From contig NC_042997.1 in the NCBI RefSeq assembly GCF_006345805.1, forward strand, positions 139,872,001 to 139,936,000: DNA of 64,000 nucleotides, given 5' to 3'. The position numbers were made by a program, and so were the translations under genes. Source of the DNA: Octopus sinensis (taxonomy: Eukaryota). Positions 12,263 to 24,691 of this stretch are shown here, piece by piece (within the stretch, counting starts at the first letter, position 1; each line of letters starts with the position of its first letter). The notes beneath the pieces are model-generated. The model did not search any database and was not told the origin of the DNA. It saw only the letters and a program-made list of their open reading frames with translations.

Positions 12263-12829
12263 TTAAATACAAAACACATTGATATTTTTGATACAGATTA
12301 CTTTTGTATTTTGTTGTTTGGTAATCGTTTTATAAATTTTTGTTATAACTTTTTAAGTGATTAAAATGCTATCAGAATAATTTGGGGAATAAATCATTGA
12401 GTTCCATGTAATTGTTAATGTTTATTTCATTGATTATCTGAGAATATTATTGAATATATGTACATTTTGAATATACATTTTATACAATTTTGTACCTTAG
12501 ACTTCATATTTCTTGCTAATAGAATCATTATACTTCGTTGATACAATTTAAACTATAGGACTACAGCATTTCCAGAATTGTCTCCCATACATCATGAACA
12601 ACTATAGGTGTAACGGTATATAAATAAATGTATTCAGACTAGTAATCTTACCTTGGTTGTTATAGTCACATTTTAGGTTATAAATAAGTTTAAAGGTCCC
12701 AATTTTCACCACTTAATTTTCCTAAAAGACTGTGGTAGTGAATGAAAGTAGTCAGTCAAACTATACCTACCTGCCTCTCTTTTTCTCTCATCTTTACCAA
12801 CTCTCCACTTTCTCAACTTTTATTGAATA

Positions 12830-14763
12830 CTAGCAGTATAGTCCAGCATTGCCCAGGATTAAGTAAGATTATTAAGTTAATTAAGTGCTTTGTTTCAAAC
12901 CAAACTAAGTAACACTGACGTCAAATTTGAGCGAAATCCGTTGAAATTGGTAAACGTTTGGCTGAAAATGGGTTGCAGATGATTTGAATGGGAAATCCCA
13001 TAAGGCATCGGTTTATTGATTTTTCCACTCATCAATTGTATATTTTTTTTCTTTTGGAGAACTTAAAGCTTTCAAAGATCCCATGAGTCCTAAGTAATGC
13101 CGGCATCAAGTTTGAACAAAATACATAAAAATTGGTAAAAGTTATGGTTGAAAATGGGGTGTAGCCAATTTTAGTGAGAAATCCTATAAGGAACCGGTTT
13201 ATCGATTTTTCATGCTGATTGAATGGAAAACCCCATAAGGAATCAATTTATTGATTTTTCACCCCAAATAGGACTTAACCAAACACAACATTGCTGATTC
13301 AAAAAATCTATATTTATACTTTATAGTTGGTTTTCACACCCAACCCAGTTCTGCAGAATCAGTGTCGCAAAGGGAATGTATGTGTTGGGAGGTTAACCGG
13401 TAGACATGATCAGGTTGCACATACTGGCCCTTTAGAACCCCCCCCCACCATCTAACCCCATTTGGCCTATGGGTTGGGAGCCCTTCAAGCAAGGAAAATA
13501 GAAAGCCCAAAAGGGCTCCTGATCCTCTGTGTCAGAAGAGGTTATGTTCGGATCACAGCTAAACCTTAACCTAAGCCTAAGTTAACCTAGCAAAAGGGGG
13601 CTCAGAAGCCTCTGAAAGGCAGTGACTAACCCTGTCTAGACCTAACCCCCTCCTAGAGGTACTATCAGTCAAGGCTGCATCGAAGACATGATTTGGAAAA
13701 GGTTGCCTCAGAGATATGCACTAGAGAAGGTTGCATCAAAGGTTTGCATGCTATTATATGTATATATATATATTTAAAAACGAACCATGTAATTCACAAT
13801 CTGAAAAGTTTATTTCTGTAAAATGTTGGGAGTAGGTAAAATTTCCAAGGCTTCCAGTCCATTTTTTGGACCCAAAAAGGTTTTGTAGCATATTAGGAGG
13901 TCACAGGAATTCATTCAACGAAAAAAAAATTTTCAATGATTCTGGGATTGGGGGGAGGGCTCGCGCTACCCCTTTTCTTCTGAACAAAAATAAGGGATTT
14001 GCAGCATATTAGGAGGTCAGGGTACTTGATTTCACGCAAAAAAAAAAATCTGATTTTTATTTTTTTCCTTAGTGAAAATCATATGGGTGAAAAGATCAAT
14101 GAGGGTGGGGGTGAAGTTTCCGAGGCTTTAACATCACCCCACCCCATTTTTTGGAACCCCCAAAACAGTTTTGTAGCACATTAGGAGGTCACAAGCATTC
14201 ATTTAACAAAAAACAAAAAAAAAAATAGATAATTAGATAAATATGTGATTTGAAATAAATGTATTTTAATTGTTGTGTGAGAAAATATATATGATATATA
14301 ATCTGATTATAAAATATAGCGTCTTTCAAAAACATCCTAAATTTGAAGACTATATCTCATGTTTAAGAAAAAAAAACATTTTACATTTTTATTTTTGATG
14401 AATACTGTCATTTACTTTATCTCCCTCACAAACACACACACACACACAACTTCTCTCTCCCTCACACACACATCAATACACAACTTCTCTCTCCCTCATA
14501 CACACACACACACACTTTCACTCCGCTATGGTAAGAAGGGGACTTAAATCATGTTAGCAAACTTCGAAATTGGTAAATGTTATGGTTGAAAATCGATTTT
14601 TATCGCTATCCATGGGTACCTCAGGAAAAATAAGTTGATGAAACCTAGCTAGGCTCGTGATGAATGTCCTCCTAAAATTCAAGCGACATGAGTGCTAATT
14701 TGAGGACATGCATAAATTATATTCATGTACACACACACACATCCTACCTTTTATATATACAGA
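12830..14763 (-). mobile_element. Non-autonomous Helitron, copy 1
   Basis: On the minus strand it starts A|TCTGTATATATAAAAGG and ends cctgggcaatgctgg...CTAG|T; homologous to 50586-52099. Confidence 0.8.
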
Positions 14764-14837
14764 TATATATATATTTTTATTTATATACACATGTGTGAGT
14801 ATATGTATGTATATATACATATACAGTTATGTGTATA

Positions 14838-15180
14838 TATATTCTTTTACTTGTTTCAGTCATTTGATTGAGGCCTTGCTGGAACACTGCCATGAAGGGT
14901 TTTAGTAGAATAAATTGACCCCAGGATTTATTTTTTAAGTCTAATACTTAATTTCTCAGTCTCTTTGCCAAGTCACTAAGTTACAAGTGCATAAGCACAC
15001 CAACACTGGTTGTCAAGTGGTGATTGGGGGACAAACATGGACACACACATACATATATGCACACATATTGCCCAAGACTTTGGTAGAAACCATTTGTCCA
15101 AGTTGCTACGCAGTGGAGCTGAACCTGGAACCATGTGGTTGAGAAACACGCTCCTTACCACACTGCCACGCCTAAGCCTA
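14838..15180 (-). mobile_element. tRNA-derived SINE, family B (CORE-like)
   Basis: Reverse complement of the family seen at 26363 and 49930, degenerate. Confidence 0.7.
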
Positions 15181-15198
15181 TATATATATATATATATA

Positions 15199-15356
15199 CT
15201 TTATTTTAAGCAGCAGAAAATTCAACAAAATCTGTTACTCTGAGTTTCTCGTTGCCGTTCATCAGACAGTTTTTGCTAGCAAAAACTGTCTGATGAACGG
15301 CAACGAGAAACTCAGAGTAACAGATTTTGTTGAATTTTCTGCTGCTTAAAATAAAG
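15199..15356. repeat. Perfect 158-bp palindrome (79-bp arms, no spacer), likely a Penelope-type terminal repeat
   Basis: Base-by-base, the arms are exact reverse complements around gct|agc at 15277/15278. Confidence 0.95.
15282..15328 (+). ncRNA. Minimal type I hammerhead ribozyme motif (mirror copy on the minus strand at 15227-15273)
   Basis: aaaactgt-CTGATGA-acg gcaa cga-GAA-actc a gagt-A-acagatttt: conserved core, short stem II, palindromic stem III and a GUA cleavage triplet. Confidence 0.75.
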
Positions 15357-15699
15357 CATATTACTCTACCACTGGTATTTGAGTACTCTTTTTTCCACCT
15401 TGTTTCACATTTATGTGTTTACTCCGGTATATATATATATATATATTTACGTATCTGTGTGTGTAAAAGTGAGGTTGTGTGTGTGTAAATCCACATAACT
15501 TCTGAAGTTCACAACTGATTTTCTCTAAACTGGGAACATACATTACTTATGTTCTGGAGGTGGTGTTAAAATCTTTCACATAATTAGTGACTGGCCCTCT
15601 GAGAGCAGAAAACACCCTTTCCTGGGTTATGTGAAGAAGGGAGGCAACTCTTTGTGAAGTAACTTTCAGAAATTGATTGTCTCCCTTACATCTATTGGT

Positions 15700-15886
15700 C
15701 AAAAAATTATCACAATCTCAATTGGCTGTGTGAAAGAGCAATACTGGCTCCAAAAAACAGCACTGTAAGTAAAATTAATGAGCAACTGTTGCAGTACCTT
15801 CCTGGAAGTCCTCTCATTTATAAGCCAGTTGATACAATCCCAAATCCAGAAGAAGTGGTAAATTATCCAACAGAATTTTTCTCTCA
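15700..15886 (+). mobile_element. Helitron PIF1-like helicase fragment
   Basis: Reads YHNLNWLCERAILAPKNSTVSKINEQLLQYLPGSPLIYKPVDTIPNPEEVVNYPTEFF. Confidence 0.8.
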
Positions 15887-16635
15887 AGGTACTTACACAC
15901 TGACATTACACATCCAACGGAGCATACTGGCTTCATTCCTTGTGAGCTTACGCATGTCCTCAGCAGTCACAGCCCATGTTTCACTGCCATGTAGCATGAC
16001 TGTTCGTACACATGCGTCATACAGTCTGCCTTTTACTCTGAGCGAGAGGCCTTTTGTCACCAGCAGAGGTAAGAGCTCTCTGAACTTTGCCCAGGCTATT
16101 CTTACTCTAGCAGTTACACTTTCAGCACACCTGCCCTCACTACTGACTTGGTCACCTAGGTAACGGAGGCTATCAGCTACTTCTAGTTTTTCTCCCTGGA
16201 ATGTGGTGGAAGTTGTTCTCTGCATATTTTCAGTGTTTATTGCTCCTGAGCATCTGCCACATAAAAAAACTATCTTCCTAATTAGCCTTCCTTTGACATT
16301 GCTGCACCTCTTATGTGTCCATAGCTTACACTGGGTACATCTTATAGAATTTCTACCTACACCTTTTATACAGATTGCACAGGGCCATCAACCTGAAGGC
16401 ATTTGTGGTTTGTCTACCTTCCTACATATTAGGACTTTGGTTTTAGCTAGGTTGACTCTAAGGCCCTTCAATTCTAATTCTTGCTTCCACACCTGAAACT
16501 TCTCCTCCAGTTCTGATAGTGACTCAGCAATAAGAGCAAGGTCATCAGCATAGAGGAGCTCCCAGGGGCATCCTGTCTTGAATTCCTTTGTTATTGCCTG
16601 GAGAACTATGGTAAATAGGAGGGGGCTCCTATGCA
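15887..16635 (-). mobile_element. RTE-clade LINE reverse transcriptase fragment
   Basis: SPLLFTIVL...WELLYADDLALIAES...GLRVNLAKTK...RYLGDQ...LYDACVRTVMLHGSETW. Confidence 0.9.
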
Positions 16636-16662
16636 TACATACATACATACATGCATACATAT

Positions 16663-16968
16663 ATATAAATACAGTGTACATTTAAACACAAAAGAGGTAT
16701 CAATCATAGGATTCCTTTCACGCTTGAAGGAACAGCTAAATTCCAAACCACTATTAGGGATAAAAACTCAAAGGGAATGAAAAATAAAACATTTACCATC
16801 TATCACTTGGATCATGGTATCAGGAGATAGATGGTAAATGTTTTTATTTTTCATTCACTTTGAGTTTTTATCCCTAATAGTGGTTTGGAATTTAGCTGTT
16901 CCTTCTAGCGTGAAAGGAATCCTATGATGAATACCTCTTATGTGTTTAAATGTACACTGTATTTATAT
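16663..16968. repeat. Foldback repeat, about 142-bp arms and a 21-nt loop
   Basis: atataaatacagtgtacatttaaacac...atttaccatctatc / gatagatggtaaat...gtgtttaaatgtacactgtatttatat; a few mismatches. Confidence 0.9.
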
Positions 16969-17055
16969 GAATAATATATAGTCTATTGACTAATTTTTCT
17001 ATAAGCTAGGCCACAGGTAGTAAAAATTTCTAATATCTTTATTACCCTGGTATTA

Positions 17056-17111
<56 letters not shown>

Positions 17112-17140
17112 TATATATAAATATATACACACACACGCAC

Positions 17141-17204
<64 letters not shown>

Positions 17205-17207
17205 TAT

Positions 17208-17690
17208 ATAATCATCATCATCATCATCATTGTTTAACGTCTGCTTTCCATGCTAGCATGGGTTGGACGATTTGACTGAGAAGTAGCGAACCAGATGGCT
17301 GCACTAGACTCCAATCTGATCTGGCAGAGTTTCAACAGCTGTATGCCCTTCCTAATGCCAACCACTCTGAGAGTGTAGTGGGTGCTTTTACATGTCACTG
17401 GCATGAGGGCCAGTCAGGCGGTACTGGCAACAGCCATGCTCAAATGGTGCTTTTTATGTGCCACCTGCACACGAGCCAGTCCAATGGCACTGGCAATGAC
17501 CTCGCTCGAATGTTTTTTCACGTGCCACCTGCCCAAGTGCTAAGGCGACGCAGGTAATGATCCCGCTCGAATGGTGTTTTTAATGTGCCATCAGCACGGA
17601 AGCCAGCTTGTTGCTCTGGCAACAATCTCACTCATATGGTACTCTTAGCGCTCCACTAGCACGGATGCCAGTCATCAAATTTGATTTCGA
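17208..17690 (-). mobile_element. RTE-3'UTR-related SINE-like repeat
   Basis: (atc)n followed by gtttaacgtctgctttccatgctagcatgggttgg...; reverse of the 4365 copy. Confidence 0.75.
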
Positions 17691-17859
17691 TATATATATG
17701 ACGGGCTGCTTACAGTTTTCTTCTACCAAATCCACTCACAAGTCTTTGGTTGGCCTGAGTCTATAGTAGAAAACACTTGCTCAAGGTGCCATGCAGTGGG
17801 ACTGAACCTGAAACCATGTGGTTGGTAAGCGAGCTGCTTACCACACAGCCACTCCTGCA

Positions 17860-18125
<266 letters not shown>

Positions 18126-18851
18126 CAGGCTCCAATAGAATCAAGGTATTTTAATAATCCTTTCTACTATAAGCACAAGGCATGAAATTTTGGGGAGGGG
18201 AATAGTTGATTACATCGACCCCAATGTTTCACTGGTACTTAATTTATTGATCCCACAAAGATGAAATGCAAAGTCAACCTTGGTGGAATTTGAACTCAGA
18301 TCATAAAGACAGTTGAAATGCTGCTAAGCACTTTGCCTGGCCTGCCAATGATTCTCCCAGCTTGCCACCTCAGAGGTATTTTAATAATAAAGACACTATG
18401 GTAGAGTCAAAAACAGCTGTAGTGAACCTCATCTCATTCGTGTAATAATATCATATATATATATATATATATATATACAAGATAAAAAAATGGAGAAATA
18501 CATCTAAATCAAATATCAATTACCAGATAATACTCAATCACATACTTTATTAAACCACCACCTAAGAGACTGTAGGGTTAAATATAAAAAGCAGAACAAA
18601 TCATTTATACGTATATATATATATATATAGAATTCAGTTAGAGGTTATGTTAGTCTCTTGAAGGGATGGTGTCATCCAAGGAAATACTGGTTCAATACCT
18701 AATATTTTGTGGGGAATTGATTTCCTTAAAATAATAGGTTTTTATATAAACTGTAGTTTATATTCATGCAAAGGAAAAAAGAAGAAAATGGAGATTTTGA
18801 GGTTAATAAGAGTTTATTATCAGCAACAAATCAATCATTATCTCTTACAGC

Positions 18852-20005
18852 TAAACCAAAGTCTTAATAAGTAGGAAGGCAAACAAACCACAAATCCCTT
18901 CAGGCTGATGGCCCTGCTTGATCTGTAGAAAAGGTATAGGTAGAAACTCCATAAGATGTACCCTGTATAAGCTATGGACACATAAGTAGTGCAGCAATAT
19001 CAAAGGAAGACTAACTGGGAAGACAGATTTTGTGTGTGGCAAATGCTCAGAGGCAATGAACACTGAAAATGTGCAGAAAACAGCGTCCATCACATTTCAG
19101 GGGGTAAAACTACAAGTAGTTGATAGCTTCCATTACTTAGGTGACCAAGTCAGTAGTGGGGGAAATTGCTCTGAGCGTGTAGCTCCTAGAATAAGAATAG
19201 CCTGGGCAAAGTTCAGAGAGCTCTTACCTCTGCTAGTGACAAAGGGCCTCTCGCTCAGAGTAAAAGGTTTACTGTATGACACATGTGTGAGAATAGCCAT
19301 GCTACATGGCAGTAAAACATGGGCCGTGACTGCTGAGGATATGCGTAAGCTTGCAAGGAATGAAGCTAGTATGCTCCACTGGATGTGTAATGTCAATGTG
19401 CATACACGACAGAGTGCAAGTGCCATGAGAGAAAAATTGGACATAAGATGCGGTGTGCAAGAGAGATGATTGCACTGGTATGGTCATGTGTTGCGTATGG
19501 ATGAGGACAGCTGGGTAAAAAGTGTCACACCCTAGCAGTAGAGGGAACCTGTGGAAGAGGTAGACCCAAGAAGACCTGGGATGAGGTGGTGAAGCATGAC
19601 CTTCGAATGTTGGGCCTCACTGAGATGATGACAAGTGACCGAGTCCTTTGGAGATATGTTGTGCTTGAGAAGACACAGCAAGTGAAGTGAGACCGTAACG
19701 GGGGCCTATGCCAGTTTCACATAACCAGCACATTTAAGAGCACCCTTCAAACATTGGGCAATAATCTGCACTTGCAAAGACCTGTTGAGGCAAGTGAAGT
19801 CATTGTTGTGGCCGATGACAGTACTGCCTGATTGTCACCCATGCTGGTGGCATGTAAATAGCACCACTCGAACATGGTCGTTGCTAGTGCTGCCTGACTG
19901 GCCCCTGTGCTGGTGGCATATAAAAAGTACCCACTACACTCTTAGAGTGGTTGGAATTACGAAGGGCATCCAGCTGTAGAAACATAAATGAGGATGATGA
20001 TGATG
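18852..20005 (+). mobile_element. 5'-truncated RTE-clade LINE with 3' UTR and GAT tail
   Basis: FHYLGDQ...RIRIAWAKFRELLPLL...AMLHGSKTW; same family as 15887-16635; ends gatgatgatg. Confidence 0.9.
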
Positions 20006-21169
20006 GTGAAGTTAATCAGATATTAAATTCATATTTCTGAGCATAATCTCTTCAGAGGGGAAAAAAAAATACCCTAGATGTCATGTATTGGATCTTCTCT
20101 GTTTGGCAGCATCTGTGGAAATTTCAAAGTTTAGTGAAAAATTTAAAATTTGGTGTATTAATGTAATTTTCCAAGCTGAATCTGAGAAGGCATTCCACTT
20201 TCAGAAAATTAAAAAAAAAAGTTATAGATGTTTAAAGTTTGACAATTTTCACCCAGTCAGAAAACATTTTGTGCATGATAGCATGTTTTCAATCATCATC
20301 ATCATCAGTTAACGTCTGTTTTCCATGCTGGCATGGGTGAGTTGTCAACTGTAAACTAATAACATTGGTAGAATTCTGAATTATGCACGCCATACAACTC
20401 CTCATAACTTCTTTCATTTTTGGAATTTTCAGAAAAGTTTTGCGAATTTGTATTCTATATACAGAAATTCATACAATTATGCAAAAACCAAAATAAAAAA
20501 ATTGCGGGTGCATGGTTTAAGGCCTATTTAACTGTTAATTTTAGCATATCTCACGACCATCTGAACGAGTAGAATATATTTGTCAACACATATTTTCTTG
20601 CAGATAAAACAGTTCTCATGCTTGGCTTGTTATATGGAAACAGGCAAGAATGTGTCTGGCTTATGATTGGCTAAAATTACCCAAAATTTGCAAACTTTAA
20701 AAGCTATTAACTCTTTATTTGTTGATGTTTGGCAGAAATGACCCGAGTTGTTTTCCAAAAGCGTCTCAACCTCAAGGCGCATGCCTTAGCTCGGCGTTCG
20801 CCGTCCGCCCGTCGCATTTGCATGGCGAGCGGCAGCGTCGCTGGCGGAATTGCCATTTGGGCATGCGGGCGGCGTCCGCGCCATCGTCGTCCGCGCCATC
20901 GTCGTCCGCGCCATCGTCGTCTACGCGGCCTGCCCCAATTCCTTCGAAGAGATCGAGATGAAAGGGATCACTTGCAGACGACTCGACTTGCCGTTCGGAA
21001 TGACGTGCTTAGTAGAGCAGCTACAACACTGCAATCTATTGAGTCTCTTCTCGCGAACGACATGATCCGCCCCTTCGAGGCAGAAGGCGGAGGTGAGGTG
21101 CGAAATATGGCAAACTAAAACATTGATTAGTACATAAAACTACATCATTACACCGAATATGAAATCAAT

Positions 21170-21270
21170 CTGTAGTGACGCCATCTTGGAAATTTCCAGC
21201 ACGCATGCGCAGAGTTGGATTCTTCCAGGAGGTCTGCCGGAAGTTCCCTCATGCACATGCGCAGAAAACT
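21170..21270. promoter_or_regulatory. Housekeeping-type promoter motif cluster in a CpG-rich island
   Basis: YY1-like CGCCATCTT 21179-21187, GGAAATTTCC 21188-21197, NRF1-like CGCATGCGCA 21202-21211 and GCACATGCGCA 21253-21263, ETS-like CCGGAAGT 21237-21244. Confidence 0.5.
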
Positions 21271-21633
21271 AGCAGCAGCAAAATTTCCCGCATATCCGTC
21301 TCTCTCGAATGCTGACAGTCGAACAGGATGGTCGTGTTGCAGCAGCTCTCTCAAACTGCTACCTTGTGGTGTTGCTACACTATGCTTGAACGGACAGGAT
21401 TTGGCTCACTCCACTTGACTACTGCGACGAGCTCCTAGGCTACTGATTCGCCCTGAAAGAAGAATATATATATTGCGAATCCAGAAATAAAATATTTATG
21501 CTGTTGAAGTTATCGGAAACTTTGACTTTTTCCTTCAATTAACATTTTAATGTAAAGGATGAGACTGCACCCATCCAGTGTTACAGGCCTTTCATCCTTG
21601 CTACAAATCTGAATAGAAATTGAAGAGATTTCA

Positions 21634-21864
21634 AGGCAGCGAGCTGGCAGAAATGTTAGTGTGCCGGGCGAGACGCTTAGCGGGATTTCATCTGTCGCTA
21701 CGTTCTGAGTTCAAATTCCGCCGAGGTCGACTTTGCCTTTCATCCTTTCAGGGTCGATAAATTAAGTACCAGTTACGGACTGGGGTCGATGTAATCGACT
21801 TAATCCCTTTGTCTGTCCTTGTTTGTCCCCTCTATGTTTAGCCCCTTGTGGGCAATAAAGAAAT
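21634..21864 (+). mobile_element. tRNA-derived SINE, family A (CpGs retained)
   Basis: gcgagctggcagaaatgttag...gagttcaaattccgccgaggtcgac...gcaataaagaaat. Confidence 0.8.
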
Positions 21865-24691
21865 TGAAGAGATTGAAAATTGGCAACCAAACAGAAAAGA
21901 TCCATAAAATCATGATGTAAAACTAACAATGTGACTTCTTTTTGTTCGTGGTGATGGTGATGATGATGATGGCAACTATATCAGTTATAATGATGATAAT
22001 GATGATGACTAAATATGCCGGGGGGGGGGGTATCTGAGTTGGGATTTTCCCCACCTGCAAGCTTACGTATGCGCATGCGCCTATAATTTCCTTCCCTCTT
22101 GTCTAAATGTCTAATATCACTTCTCTTACTTGCAACGTGTCAGATATACTATGTGTTCATTCTTAAGGCTTTATTTATTTATTTCTCTCGGTCTATTATG
22201 AAGTTTAATACTGACTATTCATCTGCTAACTCTTCTTTTGCTTCACCACACTTCATTTGCAACAGTCCTGCACACTTCTCAGTAGTTTCGGAAACTATAT
22301 CTGCTCGAAATGTCAGAAATCCTGTCACCCCACGACATACGAACCTACATCGTTTTATTAACTTTAATCTTTTTTTTAATGAACATGTTTGGTAAGTATG
22401 TATTTAATGTGTTTTATGAATGCCATCTATTTATATTTTATACAGTGGAATGTGCCTTCTTTAGAATGCATTTTTGTTGTCATTCACTTTTATATGAAGA
22501 TGTCAAAGTGATTCTCATATTGGAAAATACCAATCAGCTCCACGCCCCTTCGTTCAATATTGAAATAGTGCAACATCGCCCTGTGATGTTCTACAAGTTT
22601 AACAATTTTGAAGTACTTTGATTTAAAAAGATTAAATTCTGCAATTTGTTCGCCCTTTTACAATCTTCACAGCAACCTCGCTACGAAAAATATTGTAAAC
22701 AAACTTTAATGAGCCGTTTTCATTGTGGTTTAGCCTTAGTCAACTCTCATTGAGCAGGCCTATAATCGAAGGGGGTCCCAGTCAAATTCATTTCTATAGT
22801 TTTGTATTTAGTATAGACATGGGCAACTTTTTTTTCCCCGAGAAGTGAGACGCACTGGTAAAAAAAAAAATTCAAGTTGATTTTGGAATTTTCAGAAAAA
22901 TTCTACACGCGGGAATTTACACACGATTATGAAAAACATTTTAAAAAAAAATTACGGAGATGTACTTGCATAGCGTGTGACTTGATCTGAAATCGTGTGC
23001 TGGAACGAAAACAATTGCAGCGTGGAAGGTGTTTATAAGCCATTTAAGAAACACACAAAAACCATTTAAAATACAGTTAGTCCGATTTTTGGCTTTAATC
23101 CCAGCAATCGACCATTAAATGTGTTCTAACGAGGTAGGTATGAGGTGGTCGTGTGATGTTAAAAACAACAGTTAAATAGCCCTTAAATCACGCACGAGGC
23201 GTTACTATGCACACAAGAGCTAAAATTTTCTGAAAATTCCGAAACGTGCTTAAATCAGAATTCCGCCAATTTTTCGTACAACAGTGTTAAATGTCTCCAT
23301 CTTGTTTTTATGATGATTGAATATGATTTTTAAGGAAATGCTGCTATTTCAAGCCGGTCGATCGACCGCGTAGTTTTGCATTATGTCTGATGTGACTATT
23401 ATGTTTATTTGTTGACCTTACATTAATACACTTAATGTTAGTCTGTTGAGTATGAACAAACCACCTAAAATCCTTCAACAGATGTTAGGCGTCACAATGT
23501 TTTGACGACTTTACACAGAAATAAAGTCAAAAGTAAATTCCAATAGTTCAAAAGCATTGAATTAAAAACAAACCTGAACAATAAGTTTTCTAAAGAAAAA
23601 AAATGATTCAAATAAGTATTCTTGGAAAGACTTCCACCCCCACCCCTCCCTATTCTCCCAAATTTCTTTATTTAAAAAAAACTTTTTTTGCTAAAAATCC
23701 CCGTTTTCGGATACGGAGGTTCCACAAAAATTGCCAAAAATTGGCATTGTGAAATTTTTTTCCCCCAACTTCTTCAATTTTGACTTTTTTCCCCAACACT
23801 AACCGTAACCGTAAGTACAGAAATGTTTTGAAATTTTTGTCCGAATCATAATGTCCGTATTTTTCTGCATATTTGGAAAAAAAAAAAAAATTCTTAAAAA
23901 AAAAATTTTACAAAACTTTTCGGAATTTTTTTCAGAATCATAATCTCTGTATTTTTCCGCATATTTTGAAACAAGGAAAAAAAAATTTTGAAAAAAGTGA
24001 AAAACGAAGGAAATGGGGCTGGGTGGGGTGGTAATTTAGAAAAGTCGATCTTTGCCAAAATATCTGAATTGTTTTTGGTGTCTAACAATCAACATTCCAA
24101 GTCAATTTGGTACCATTTGATAAGAGTAGACCCGATGCGCACCCGCGCCAGCCAGTAGACAGACGCACACGCATGAGTCAGTGGCACGCGCGATAAAAAA
24201 AAACCTTCCACGCGTATAAAGGTGTAAACTGTAAATCGGGTGGGGGATTTTTATCTATCTAATAAAATAACCAAATGAAGCAACAACTTTTGAATTTGAA
24301 ATAAGATGTTAATCAGAAGTAGTCATAAAGAAAAGTGAAAAATGTTATTCAGAAGTGAACCCTCCTGAAAGCTATTTTAGAATGTTCTGAAAACATTCAT
24401 CCCAGTTTTCCCATATTTTTCCCCTCCAAAGAAAACTTTGCTTTTCTGAATGTTTCTGAAAAAATGCTAAGCGCTGATTCAAGACTATGATGGGTTCCCC
24501 TCCAGTTTACACATATTTGTACATGTGGAGAGTTAAAAAAATTTTTTTTTTTATCGCGGGTGCATGTATCCATCTACTAACTGGCGCGGGTGCGCGCGTC
24601 AGGTCCACACTTCGATAATTCGATAATTTTCAAGCTTCAAAAAATGATGTCTCAAGTGGGGTGAAATGAGCCATGATTAATTTTAATGGGC

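Noticed and set aside
12652-12722. Minus-strand 70-nt exon candidate (tttag|...caag|gtaag)
   Set aside because: All three frames are closed and there are no partner exons; at best non-coding.
18645-18700. Hairpin ggatg-gtgt-catcc followed by ggaaa as another hammerhead
   Set aside because: The CUGANGA core and stems I and III cannot be assigned.
20073-20113. Minus-strand 40-nt exon candidate downstream of the 21-kb island
   Set aside because: Splicing to the AAGATGGCG micro-ORF gives only a ~20-aa peptide with a weak donor and no recognisable homology.
20729-21118. Arg-rich ORF as a protamine-like gene
   Set aside because: The Arg richness comes from a 15-bp GC-rich triplicate. It lacks the long poly-Arg/Ser/Tyr pattern of cephalopod protamines, and the first codon is TTG. 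Kept only as part of the orphan island finding.
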